This document shows, piece by piece, positions 8,047 through 16,442 of a stretch of 17,144 nt of DNA. This DNA is from Candidatus Heimdallarchaeota archaeon (GTDB taxonomy: Archaea > Asgardarchaeota > Heimdallarchaeia > JABLTI01), in contig JAUWKS010000068.1 in NCBI GenBank assembly GCA_030614005.1, forward strand, positions 1-17,144. Reading direction: 5' to 3'. The notes below the pieces were generated by a model. That model saw only the letters and a program-made list of their open reading frames with translations, was not told the origin of the DNA and did no database searches. Positions within the stretch are counted from its first letter, which is position 1, and each line of letters begins with the position of its first letter. Position numbers and translations under genes: made by a program.

Positions 8047-8711
8047 TCTGTATACCTCTCAACCAATAATTCCCCTAATAATTTCTTTTCTTCACTAAGT
8101 GATATTGTTGGCAGTATCCCGATAACTCGAAAGAATTCAGGATCTACATCTAAATGTGGATAAGCTTCTTTGAATTCCTCTAAAGGACTTTTCAATATCT
8201 CATGTTTAATGATGGATTTAGAGGTGAACTTTCTATAATTTTTATAGACATATTCCAATAGATCTTTACCAGACAAATTGGAATATTTTCTCATAATTGA
8301 GTCAATTTTATCTCGATTTGTTTGAGATAATTTTTGATATATATAAGGTGCTACTTTTTTCCCGTCAGTTGATAATGAATAAACCCGTATTTCATTCGTT
8401 TCTATTTCATCTTCATCTGCTATTATTTTTCTTTCCAGATCTTGTAAACAATAGTCATTTAAACTCTTTGTTTTCTTAGTTTCTATCTGAACTAATCTTT
8501 CATCTTGTAACAGCTCTGAATAATCTAGTACTTTTGCTGACCATGGTCCAAAATTATAAGCTTCAAAATTAAACTCTGTCAGTAGCTTTTCAAATCCTCC
8601 TTCAAATAACATGAGAAAGATTAATTTTACTAATCTAGTTGCTCCCCAAACGGTTTTCTCTTTACTTCTATAAATTATTAATAATAGTAAATCCAAACCT
8701 GAAACTGTCAT
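8043..8711 (-). CDS. Panacea/DUF4065 (SocA-like) antitoxin-domain protein with C-terminal extension
   Basis: GATRLVKLIFL, FEAYNFGPWS and DLLEYVYKNY motifs, plus an extra ~45-aa C-terminal tail. Confidence 0.7.
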   Translation of the reverse strand: MTVSGLDLLLLIIYRSKEKTVWGATRLVKLIFLMLFEGGFEKLLTEFNFEAYNFGPWSAKVLDYSELLQDERLVQIETKKTKSLNDYCLQDLERKIIADEDEIETNEIRVYSLSTDGKKVAPYIYQKLSQTNRDKIDSIMRKYSNLSGKDLLEYVYKNYRKFTSKSIIKHEILKSPLEEFKEAYPHLDVDPEFFRVIGILPTISLSEEKKLLGELLVERYTD

Positions 8712-8755
8712 ATTTCACCTGTCCTATCAGTCATTTTCTTTTTTCATTATAAAAA
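8712..8755 (-). promoter_or_regulatory. TATA box and archaeal Shine-Dalgarno of the four-gene operon
   Basis: Minus strand reads TTTTATAA at ~8754-8747, and AGGTGA lies 4 nt before the ATG at 8711. Confidence 0.5.
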
Positions 8756-8901
8756 TCTGTTTTAAAAACGATAATTAAACTTCTTTTTATTGTCAAATTA
8801 CTACTTTTTAGTAATGGTATTTTATAAGTTATATTAGTATCTTTCTGAGATGCCAGTTTGTGATATAAATAGAATTTTTCATAGTATTTTACTGAGAAAT
8901 C

Positions 8902-9582
8902 ATGTCCAATGACTTCAATCTCAGTAAAACGGAATTTACAGCATACTTAGATTGTCCGCTAAAATTCTATCTCCAAAAGGAGCAACATTTGACAACTAAG
9001 GAAGGACCCAGAGAGAATCAAGATACTAGTAACCATCCCGCTCATTTAGCTAGAGGTATAAAATGGCATGATCGTCTTACTACCTTTTATCAGAAAAAGG
9101 CAAAAGGTTTGCTAGCAGGAACAATCTCGGAGCGAGAGGCATTGAACCATCCGTATTATCAGCTTTTCTGGCAACAGGAACTCCATCGACGAGCATTCGA
9201 TCCTGATAATTGGTATCCGTTAGCATTCGAATATTATTGCTCTTCTCCGATTCTTCGAGGAAAGATCGATCGCATCGATCCTCTTGGTCCCTCTGACTGT
9301 TGTCTTGTTGAATACAAAGGTTCTTGGGAAAATCGAGGTTATCTCTATGAGGAATTGCTGTTCTATGCTCTTCTTGTTTCTGAGAGTGAGTCATTTCAAC
9401 AGGAGATTGGTCGCCCTGTTTCTCAAGTTGCTTGTTATTTTTACAACACTGGTGAATGGTATACTCGAGAGGTTTCTCCAGCTGATCTGTCTTCTTTTCG
9501 AGAGTATCTTGTTGCTCTTCGTTCCGAGATGGTTTCTGGTAACTGGGCTCGTAAAATCAATTGTTCTCTCTCTTCTCAATGA
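8902..9582 (+). CDS. Cas4/AddB-like PD-(D/E)XK nuclease; probable true end 9646 via frameshift
   Basis: N-terminal YLDCP, RGIKWH, LRGKIDRID, VEYK and ELLFYA motifs. Ends NCSLSSQ*, while another frame continues LLNDCSYAVVC...RD* to 9646 and supplies the missing C-terminal cysteines. Confidence 0.8.
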   Translation: MSNDFNLSKTEFTAYLDCPLKFYLQKEQHLTTKEGPRENQDTSNHPAHLARGIKWHDRLTTFYQKKAKGLLAGTISEREALNHPYYQLFWQQELHRRAFDPDNWYPLAFEYYCSSPILRGKIDRIDPLGPSDCCLVEYKGSWENRGYLYEELLFYALLVSESESFQQEIGRPVSQVACYFYNTGEWYTREVSPADLSSFREYLVALRSEMVSGNWARKINCSLSSQ

Positions 9583-9650
9583 TTGTTCTTATGCTGTTGT
9601 TTGTACCAAAATACCTGACAGATTCATTAGATCCTCTCGAGACTGATTGT

Positions 9651-10577
9651 CTAGTTTCTTCCTATTTTTCTTCTCTTTCGAATAACCAAGACGGTTGGGA
9701 TAATAACTCCTACTGCTATAGTTGGTACTAATATTGCAACCAAGATGCGCGCGGTATTTTCAATTTTAAACCAGGGGAGATTATAGCCTACCAGTTCAAT
9801 TTGGTACTCCATAGAAAGGTCGACATTGCCACTTGGTATTTCTCCTTTTGTCCTCCCCTTCATATGCATCCCTAACAGTGTCCCTGTTGATTTTTCAAAA
9901 GTAATTTGAAATCTGTTCAAAAAGGAGGAATTCGCTGGCAATCCATTATAGGGATATCCGAGGAGTTCATCAAACTGACCTGTTAATTTACCTGTATTCC
10001 ATGTTTCAAAATAAATAATATCACTTTTATCAGTAAAGATAAAATCACCTTCAAAATCATGCCCAAGGGAGGTATATTCCGCAATTTCATTTAGTGAAGC
10101 ATTCCCTAACATTTCAAGATAATCCCAAGAATCAACAATTGGGTCAATATATGGATAAAGAAAGAAATAAAAACCATTTTCAAAATTCTCTCTCTCCCAT
10201 AAATCTATCATTGAAGTAGTAAAGTGAGTTGCAAGATAAGTGAAGAGTTGGATTCTATTTTTATAGAAATCAACTGTATAGCCAAAATTTCTAGTATTAT
10301 TATTAATTGAATATTGCCCATTCATTCCTCCACCAAGATAATTAATATCAACATTCACTTTCGTCATTCGTGGGTAATTTTCAGAATTCAATCGGAAACC
10401 ACTTGTAGAAACACTGTTCTCACCAACAGTTGCGGAAATATTTGCTTGGACAACTTGATAGTGAAGGACATCTCCAACAGCAAGCTGTGTAGAAAGTGAG
10501 AATATTGTTGAACAAGAAAAAAGCGATAATACAAGTAATTGTATAATAACAAAATAGATACTTTTCTTCAAATCCAC
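9651..10577 (-). CDS. Secreted, C-terminally anchored protein (choice-of-anchor S-like)
   Basis: Signal-peptide-like N-terminus, VGDVLHYQVV and FEKSTGTLLG motifs, and a C-terminal TM followed by RKRRK. GTG start with GAGGAG RBS. Family name is from recall. Confidence 0.6.
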   Translation of the reverse strand: MDLKKSIYFVIIQLLVLSLFSCSTIFSLSTQLAVGDVLHYQVVQANISATVGENSVSTSGFRLNSENYPRMTKVNVDINYLGGGMNGQYSINNNTRNFGYTVDFYKNRIQLFTYLATHFTTSMIDLWERENFENGFYFFLYPYIDPIVDSWDYLEMLGNASLNEIAEYTSLGHDFEGDFIFTDKSDIIYFETWNTGKLTGQFDELLGYPYNGLPANSSFLNRFQITFEKSTGTLLGMHMKGRTKGEIPSGNVDLSMEYQIELVGYNLPWFKIENTARILVAILVPTIAVGVIIPTVLVIRKRRKIGRN

Positions 10578-10652
10578 AATCTCCTCTGATAATCATTTCT
10601 TATGAGAAGTAATTATAAGGGTATATTTAAAGTAATAGACTGAAAACTTGAA

Positions 10653-11756
10653 CTATTTCTTGATTTCAGCTGATAAAGGAACTATGCCTTCAATAGGAAG
10701 TTTCTTCTGACAAGTTGGGCATTTCCCTCTGATTTTCACCCATTCTTGTATATGAGACAAGTGGCTTTTCGTTTCACATAAACTACACTTTCCAGCTTCT
10801 TCTCCAAAGGAGATTGGTAATTTGCAGACATTACATATCAAAATTTCTTTCTTACATCCTGAACAGCTTATATCTTGTTTGTTTATTGGATTACCACAAT
10901 AATAACAAGTAGAATATCTATTCGGTAAATCCAGAAATTTATCATCAGTTTTTTTAATAAAAACATTTTCTAATTCTAAAAATTCACCTGTAATTTTCCC
11001 CTCGTTTAATAGCAGTTGAATTAAAGAAATCGTTTCATTTTCGGTAATTTTCAATAATTGCGTAAAGCGGGTTATTACTACTGGAATATCTGTGCGAAAC
11101 TCAGCTATTAATTGTATAATTTCCTTTTTGGTTTGTTCGATATCTTTAGGAACTCCTGTATCAATTGAGGTTTTACTTTTAATTTCTAATTTTGTGCAGT
11201 TTTTAAGAGTAGTAACATCAAGCTCTTTTATTTGATTGCCATTAAGGTTAAGCTCTTGTAGCTTAGTGTATGTTTTCAGTGGGGAAAGGTCGATCGAAAT
11301 AAGCTGATTAAAAGAAAGATCGAGCTTTTGTAGTTTTGAACATGTTTTCAGCGGGGATAGATTTATCGAAGTAAGCAGATTATTACGAAGATTAACCCAT
11401 TGCAGCTCCACGCATGTTTTTAGTGGAGATAGATTGATCATAGTAAGCTGATTTTCACTAAGACCGAGTAATTGTAGCTTTGTACACCGTTCCAATGAGG
11501 ACAAGTCAATAGAAACAAGCTGATTAGTATCAAGAGTGAGCACTTGTAGTTCTGTACATCCTTTCAGTGAGATAATATCAATTGAAACAAGCTGATTGTT
11601 ATGAAGCCAGAGCTTTTGCAGTTTTGTACATTCTATAAGTGGTGATAAGTCAATTGAAGCAAGCTGATGATTTTCAAGATCAAGCTCTTGCATATTTCTT
11701 TTTATTTTTCTGCTAAACTTCTCACCATTTGCTTTAATCCCTGTTATAACAACCAT
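10653..11756 (-). CDS. Leucine-rich repeat protein with winged-helix-like middle, Zn ribbon and C-terminal RING-like domain
   Basis: ~7 LRRs, then GKITGEF, then CYYC..CSGC, then CNVC-x12-CSLC-x4-H-x2-H-x3-W-x6-CPTC. Confidence 0.85.
   Translation of the reverse strand: MVVITGIKANGEKFSRKIKRNMQELDLENHQLASIDLSPLIECTKLQKLWLHNNQLVSIDIISLKGCTELQVLTLDTNQLVSIDLSSLERCTKLQLLGLSENQLTMINLSPLKTCVELQWVNLRNNLLTSINLSPLKTCSKLQKLDLSFNQLISIDLSPLKTYTKLQELNLNGNQIKELDVTTLKNCTKLEIKSKTSIDTGVPKDIEQTKKEIIQLIAEFRTDIPVVITRFTQLLKITENETISLIQLLLNEGKITGEFLELENVFIKKTDDKFLDLPNRYSTCYYCGNPINKQDISCSGCKKEILICNVCKLPISFGEEAGKCSLCETKSHLSHIQEWVKIRGKCPTCQKKLPIEGIVPLSAEIKK
11187..11696 (-). repeat. ~7 tandem 24-aa (72-bp) leucine-rich repeats
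   Basis: Unit like TKLQKLWLHNNQLVSIDIISLKGC, repeated with high similarity. Confidence 0.9.
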
Positions 11757-11942
11757 AGTCTACCCTTCAGATATTACAATCTTGAATTATCTTTCTACAA
11801 TAAAAAAGTTGTTTGAGAGAATATTTATTCAAATAAAAAAGAGATCAGAGTTAGACGAATGTCATTTTTAATCATAATTCTTTTATTGAAAAAAACCATT
11901 TAATCATACTATAGAAGATTACTCATCAATTAAGAGGGATTA

Positions 11943-14120
11943 GTGATTAGACAGCTGAGACTATTTAACATAAGGAAGAGTTTTTTTTCTAGAATAATCT
12001 TTGTTTTCTTTATTATGAGTTTATTTTGTTTAACAACAATTGGTAATCTAAAATCAATTGCACTTCAAAAACAAACAACTACAGAGTTTAATCTTGAACA
12101 AGAGGACGAGTGTGAAAAGATTGGTCATTTTCAATTTGATCATTTCGTAGATATTATTGTATCGAACAATATTGCATACATTATTTCTTCTGATACTGGA
12201 TTACATATTTTTGATGTTACGAATAAGTTAGCACCCAAGCTCCTTTTCAAGGACAACTATTTTGGGTATTATAGAGATCTAGCAAAAGAAGGTAATTATC
12301 TTTATATTGTTAACACCCCTGCAGATTCTTATAGTTTCTTCTTAACTATTTATAATGTGAGTAATCCTAGTAATCCATTAGTAGTTTCAATTACTCTCTT
12401 ATCTTTATCTAAAAGTGTTCGAGATATTGCAGTCCAAGATGATTATGTTTTTTACACCACCTCTGAAGGTTTCTTTGTGTATAATGTATCTGATCATGTC
12501 CATCCTCTATTAATCAATTCAACTTATTCTGATTCCACGGAAGAGATTTTTCTCAATGGTCAAATTGCGTATATCAGCAGTTATTTTCAACAGAGTATTT
12601 TTGTTTACAATATCTCAACACCAAATAACCCAGAACTTTTGTGTCAGTACGAAGGAAATGATATTGCTACTTCAACCTCTTTCAGACCTCAATATATTAC
12701 AATTTTTGATAGTTACCTATATGTTGTTGACTCATATATTGGTTTAATTATTATTAATTCAACAAATCCTTCAGAATTGACTTATATTCACAACGTTCCG
12801 ATTGATTTACAATTTTCTTATAAAAGTAGCATTCAATTAGTTGACGATTATTTTTATATTAATGACGATACTAATGGTGTTTTCATTTTAGACAAAAACA
12901 ACGGCACTCACCCAACCTATTTTGGGAATTATTCTTGTTATGCTAATTTCATGACTGCTGCTGATTCCTATCTTTTCATAACAAATGGTGTTTTCGCGAT
13001 TCTTGATATACAAAATCCTGGAAATATTCAGTTACTTTCACAGATTGGTATTGAAGGTTTCTACAATGCAATTCAAGATCTTGTTATAGCAGATAATTAC
13101 GCTTTTTGTGCTATTGGTGGTGGATTGTTAGTTCTAGATATTTCAAATCTTTCGAACCCAATAAATGTTTATTATTCGAATGAATATCTTTGGGCAAAAA
13201 CTGTTGAGTTACTGGGTGATTACCTGTTTGTAGGTTCTTCTGAAACCTTAACAGTGTTAGATATTACAGATCCTTCAACACCTGTTGTAGTAGGTTCATT
13301 CGATTCATTTGTTATTGATGGTGTCAAGAATGAGTTTTATAGTATCAATAAAATATTCATTCATGGTACCTATGCTTATTTGACCTATTGGTCAATCAAC
13401 AAAGGTAATGTTTTTCTTATCCTTGATATTAGCCATCCACCTGAACCGATTGGAGTAGCAGCTCATCATTTTGGTAATACCTCTATTACTTTCTTGTTTT
13501 GCAGTGGAAATTATATCTGTGATAACAAGGCCTACGTTGGTTTTGGAGAAACTCTCTACATCTTTGATGTAAAAAATAAAGCGAGTCCAAAAATTATTAG
13601 TACTTATACTTTTGACGATCTTGCTCCAATACACGATATCATTGTTGAATCCGGTTATGCTTTTGTTGGAAGTTATAATGGCTTTGCTATTTTAGATATC
13701 CACAAATCAACAAAAGTTCGTTTAGTTTCAAAGCTTGATGAAAATAGCCATACTATTACCGTTGCTGGACAGTACGCTTGTATTGGACGATATGCATTAC
13801 AGCTCTTCGACATGAGCGATCCGAATAATCCTGATTTTATTACTTCCTATAATGATACGGAAACAGTAAATGGTTTAAACCCGGATCCGAGTTTCGGTAT
13901 GGAAAAGATCATTCTAATTGATAATCATGCCTTCATTGCTTATGGACGCAATGGTTTTGTTATTGTAGAACTACCAGTTACAATAACTGGATCTATTCCA
14001 GCTTTAACTGGGTATTACATCTTACCATTTGGGCTTCTAATTCTTATCCCTATAATTATCATTCGAAAAAATAACAAATCAAAAATGAAAAACGATGAAT
14101 TCTTTAGTGTAAATAACTAA
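11943..14120 (+). CDS. LVIVD-repeat beta-propeller surface protein
   Basis: Repeated YA(Y/F)V...GL.ILDISNPSNP-type units, an N-terminal hydrophobic segment, and a C-terminal TM followed by basic residues. Confidence 0.88.
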   Translation: MIRQLRLFNIRKSFFSRIIFVFFIMSLFCLTTIGNLKSIALQKQTTTEFNLEQEDECEKIGHFQFDHFVDIIVSNNIAYIISSDTGLHIFDVTNKLAPKLLFKDNYFGYYRDLAKEGNYLYIVNTPADSYSFFLTIYNVSNPSNPLVVSITLLSLSKSVRDIAVQDDYVFYTTSEGFFVYNVSDHVHPLLINSTYSDSTEEIFLNGQIAYISSYFQQSIFVYNISTPNNPELLCQYEGNDIATSTSFRPQYITIFDSYLYVVDSYIGLIIINSTNPSELTYIHNVPIDLQFSYKSSIQLVDDYFYINDDTNGVFILDKNNGTHPTYFGNYSCYANFMTAADSYLFITNGVFAILDIQNPGNIQLLSQIGIEGFYNAIQDLVIADNYAFCAIGGGLLVLDISNLSNPINVYYSNEYLWAKTVELLGDYLFVGSSETLTVLDITDPSTPVVVGSFDSFVIDGVKNEFYSINKIFIHGTYAYLTYWSINKGNVFLILDISHPPEPIGVAAHHFGNTSITFLFCSGNYICDNKAYVGFGETLYIFDVKNKASPKIISTYTFDDLAPIHDIIVESGYAFVGSYNGFAILDIHKSTKVRLVSKLDENSHTITVAGQYACIGRYALQLFDMSDPNNPDFITSYNDTETVNGLNPDPSFGMEKIILIDNHAFIAYGRNGFVIVELPVTITGSIPALTGYYILPFGLLILIPIIIIRKNNKSKMKNDEFFSVNN

Positions 14121-14223
14121 TATTCAAGATTTCAGTTTGTTTTTCTTCTGGTAGTTTAGTTAGGCTGTCTTTTATTATCCATCACTCTTGCCTTTTAGAT
14201 TTGTAATGAATGAATTAATCACG

Positions 14224-14757
14224 CTACAGTGAAAGCACTAGCTTAGTAGTTTTCTCCTCGATACAAGCCAGCTCCTCCTGTGTTGGTTTTCCTCGAATGT
14301 CACCAAGGGATCCTTTTGTACTCTCAGCTAATCGTCCATGATATTCAGCAACCACATACCACTCATCCATCACTTTGAAGCCCAAGTGCTCAAAGAATTG
14401 TCCGAGCCATTTTACTGCAGGAATTGCTTCATTTTTACCTGTGTGTGGTCCTGAGTAAGTAGCAAAGATTAGAGCATTTCGTCCTGTAACAGGAGACATA
14501 TTGGGTTTGACATAACCTTTTTTGAAGGCTTCTTTTAACTTAGCATTCACAAATTCACGGATTTGTTTTGCGGGAAGCCATTGGTGAGTTGGTGCTCCAA
14601 GACATACTAAATCATACCCAAACAGGTCCTCATCTAAGGCTTCTATTGATCTTTTCATTGTGACGGAAACTGATGCTTTTTCAAGACCAGATTTGATTGC
14701 TTTGGCTACTTTCTCTGTATTTCCAGTACCTGACCAGTACACTATTAATGCTTTCAA
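14224..14757 (-). CDS. Flavodoxin family protein
   Basis: IVYWSGTGNTEKVAKAI FMN loop and LGAPT motif. TTG start with AGGAG RBS. Confidence 0.9.
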   Translation of the reverse strand: MKALIVYWSGTGNTEKVAKAIKSGLEKASVSVTMKRSIEALDEDLFGYDLVCLGAPTHQWLPAKQIREFVNAKLKEAFKKGYVKPNMSPVTGRNALIFATYSGPHTGKNEAIPAVKWLGQFFEHLGFKVMDEWYVVAEYHGRLAESTKGSLGDIRGKPTQEELACIEEKTTKLVLSL

Positions 14758-14951
14758 AGCTGAAACACTCCTTTTTTTTAGGTAATTTATTCTTGTATTA
14801 CTTCTTCTTACTTAGGATTGATAATAATAATTCAAACAAATCCTCTTTGTGCTGATTGTAGCGTTATTCTAGCTTTTTCAAATATATAGGAAAGTAATCT
14901 CTCTAAACCTTATGATATTTTCGGAGTTGTCTGTACTTCTTTTTCATTTAG

Positions 14952-15656
14952 CTATTTTAAGTAGTACCAAAAATAATTAAATTCTATAATACCCAGAAGC
15001 ATTTGTTTGGGTATTTTAGGATATTTTTTAGACAAGTCTATTTCAAAAGAAAAGAAATCGTTCGGAGATCGCCTCCCCTTTCCATAAGACCAATAACTAT
15101 CTCCTAAATCAGAATATTTTTCTACATTTCTCTTTACAATTGCAATAACTTCGATGTATGCTTTGTATACATAATCAAAAACTTCCCTGATGATTTTTTC
15201 TTGGACATTGGAATGTTTTTTCTTTATTTTCTTTAATGCAATTTCTTTACTATAATCGCTGTAATATATAAGTCGATGAACAATATTACCTACATCTTTG
15301 TAAAACAGGTTTTCAAGGGCATCTATAATCGATTTGATCTCTTTGTTTTCTTCCTCTGTTATTTGTCCTTTCACCATTTGATAAAATAATTCCTTATTAA
15401 AAGTGAATACCTTTGACAAATTGCTCCACAATTCTGCTTTTTTTCCTGAAGAACGGATTTTGAATACTTTTGCTAGATTAACTAATTCTGATTTGTTTAA
15501 AATTTTAATAACTTCTTTGATTTTGAAACTATCGTGTTTAACCAATTGTTCAACTAGCTCTTTATTGGTTCCCGATATGTTTCTCTGATTATATTTCAGC
15601 ATATCCTTCAAACGTTCATTTGCTAGGTATTCAACAAGGAAACTGAAAAAATTCAT
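14952..15656 (-). CDS. Hypothetical protein with two SAP/HeH-like motifs
   Basis: LKDMLKYNQRNISGTNKELVEQL and LVNLAKVFKIRSSGKKAELWSNL both fit the SAP consensus. Confidence 0.55.
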   Translation of the reverse strand: MNFFSFLVEYLANERLKDMLKYNQRNISGTNKELVEQLVKHDSFKIKEVIKILNKSELVNLAKVFKIRSSGKKAELWSNLSKVFTFNKELFYQMVKGQITEEENKEIKSIIDALENLFYKDVGNIVHRLIYYSDYSKEIALKKIKKKHSNVQEKIIREVFDYVYKAYIEVIAIVKRNVEKYSDLGDSYWSYGKGRRSPNDFFSFEIDLSKKYPKIPKQMLLGIIEFNYFWYYLK

Positions 15657-15914
15657 ATTAAATCTTTATTTCTTTTGATTCAATATTAGTTTATCTCTTT
15701 TCATCCAATAATTCATTGCTTCTGATATTCTTCTGTGTGATTTTGACTGGTCGCTGTAATTCTATAATTCACGTGCGGTGTGCTAATTAAGCTCTATTTC
15801 TTGCGCACGTTTTTGTCATCGATTTTAGCATTTTTTTTGCTAAAAGGCTATTTTTTTACTTCAAAGATTGAATAAATAATCTATTTATACTTAATTAGCT
15901 AGAAGTTAATTAAG

Positions 15915-16229
15915 ATGTCAGAACACAAAAGCAGACGCAAAAATATTGGCGGCGGTGGGTTGGGTTTACCAACAATTCTTTTGATAATTTTCATAATATT
16001 AAAATTAACCAAAGTAATTGATTGGAACTGGGGATGGGTCCTGTCTCCTCTTTGGATTAGCGCAAGCTTAGGAGTTTTATTCCTTCTTTTCATTGGCTTT
16101 ATTTTGTTTATTGCTTTGATTGGATTAGTAAGTCAAAGCTCCAGTTTGATTGTTGGAATTAAGCGTTGGTTCGGTAGGATTGATAGCGAAGATACAAACG
16201 TCGAAAACGAAGAAGCCTCTGATCCCTAA
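15915..16229 (+). CDS. Small two-TM membrane protein (LKL..VIDW.W.WVLSPLWI family)
   Basis: GLGLPTILLIIFIILKLTKVIDWNWGWVLSPLWIS matches a motif I recall from small phage-associated TMEM185/Fragile-X-F-like proteins. Confidence 0.65.
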   Translation: MSEHKSRRKNIGGGGLGLPTILLIIFIILKLTKVIDWNWGWVLSPLWISASLGVLFLLFIGFILFIALIGLVSQSSSLIVGIKRWFGRIDSEDTNVENEEASDP

Positions 16230-16442
16230 TTTGTTAAAATACTAGTGATCCGGCTTGACGTTCCTTCTTTTTTTTAATTCCACTGTAAGAGATGATGAAA
16301 CCTCTTAATTCTTTTTTTACTACTTTTTGTCCCTTGACGCAATAGGCATTTTTGAGAAATTGTTTTATTTACCAATAACTTTTGTTATTTCGAATGCTTC
16401 TCGTTGTGGAGTTATTCGGAGAAAGAAATTGGGTGATTATTT

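Larger units (their letters stand above)
469..8901. other. Defence/TA hotspot made of two cargo blocks (~580-5607 and ~5710-8890) bounded by copies of the nuclease 5' end
   Basis: Three homologous gene starts at 469, 5620 and 8902 enclose only TA/defence-type genes. No integrase or transposase seen. Confidence 0.6.

Noticed and set aside
6141-8479. Short ORFs 6141..6344, 6279..6464 and 8297..8479
   Set aside because: Nested within or antisense to well-supported operon genes.
9280-9580. A-poor, T-rich 3' half of the nuclease gene as a sign of retroelement-type mutagenesis
   Set aside because: Other plus-strand genes (e.g. 734..1897) show the same T-ending codon bias. No template/variable repeat pair or reverse transcriptase is present.
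9080-9646. ORFs 9080..9394, 9391..9579 and 9284..9646 as independent genes
   Set aside because: Overlap the nuclease gene. Only the last ~24 codons of 9284..9646 are meaningful, as the frameshifted C-terminus.
469-9646. Casposon or prophage
   Set aside because: No Cas1, DNA polymerase B, terminal inverted repeats, integrase or virion genes.
16287-16310. Box C motif ATGATGA in a short hairpin (C/D sRNA)
   Set aside because: No CTGA box D at a suitable distance.
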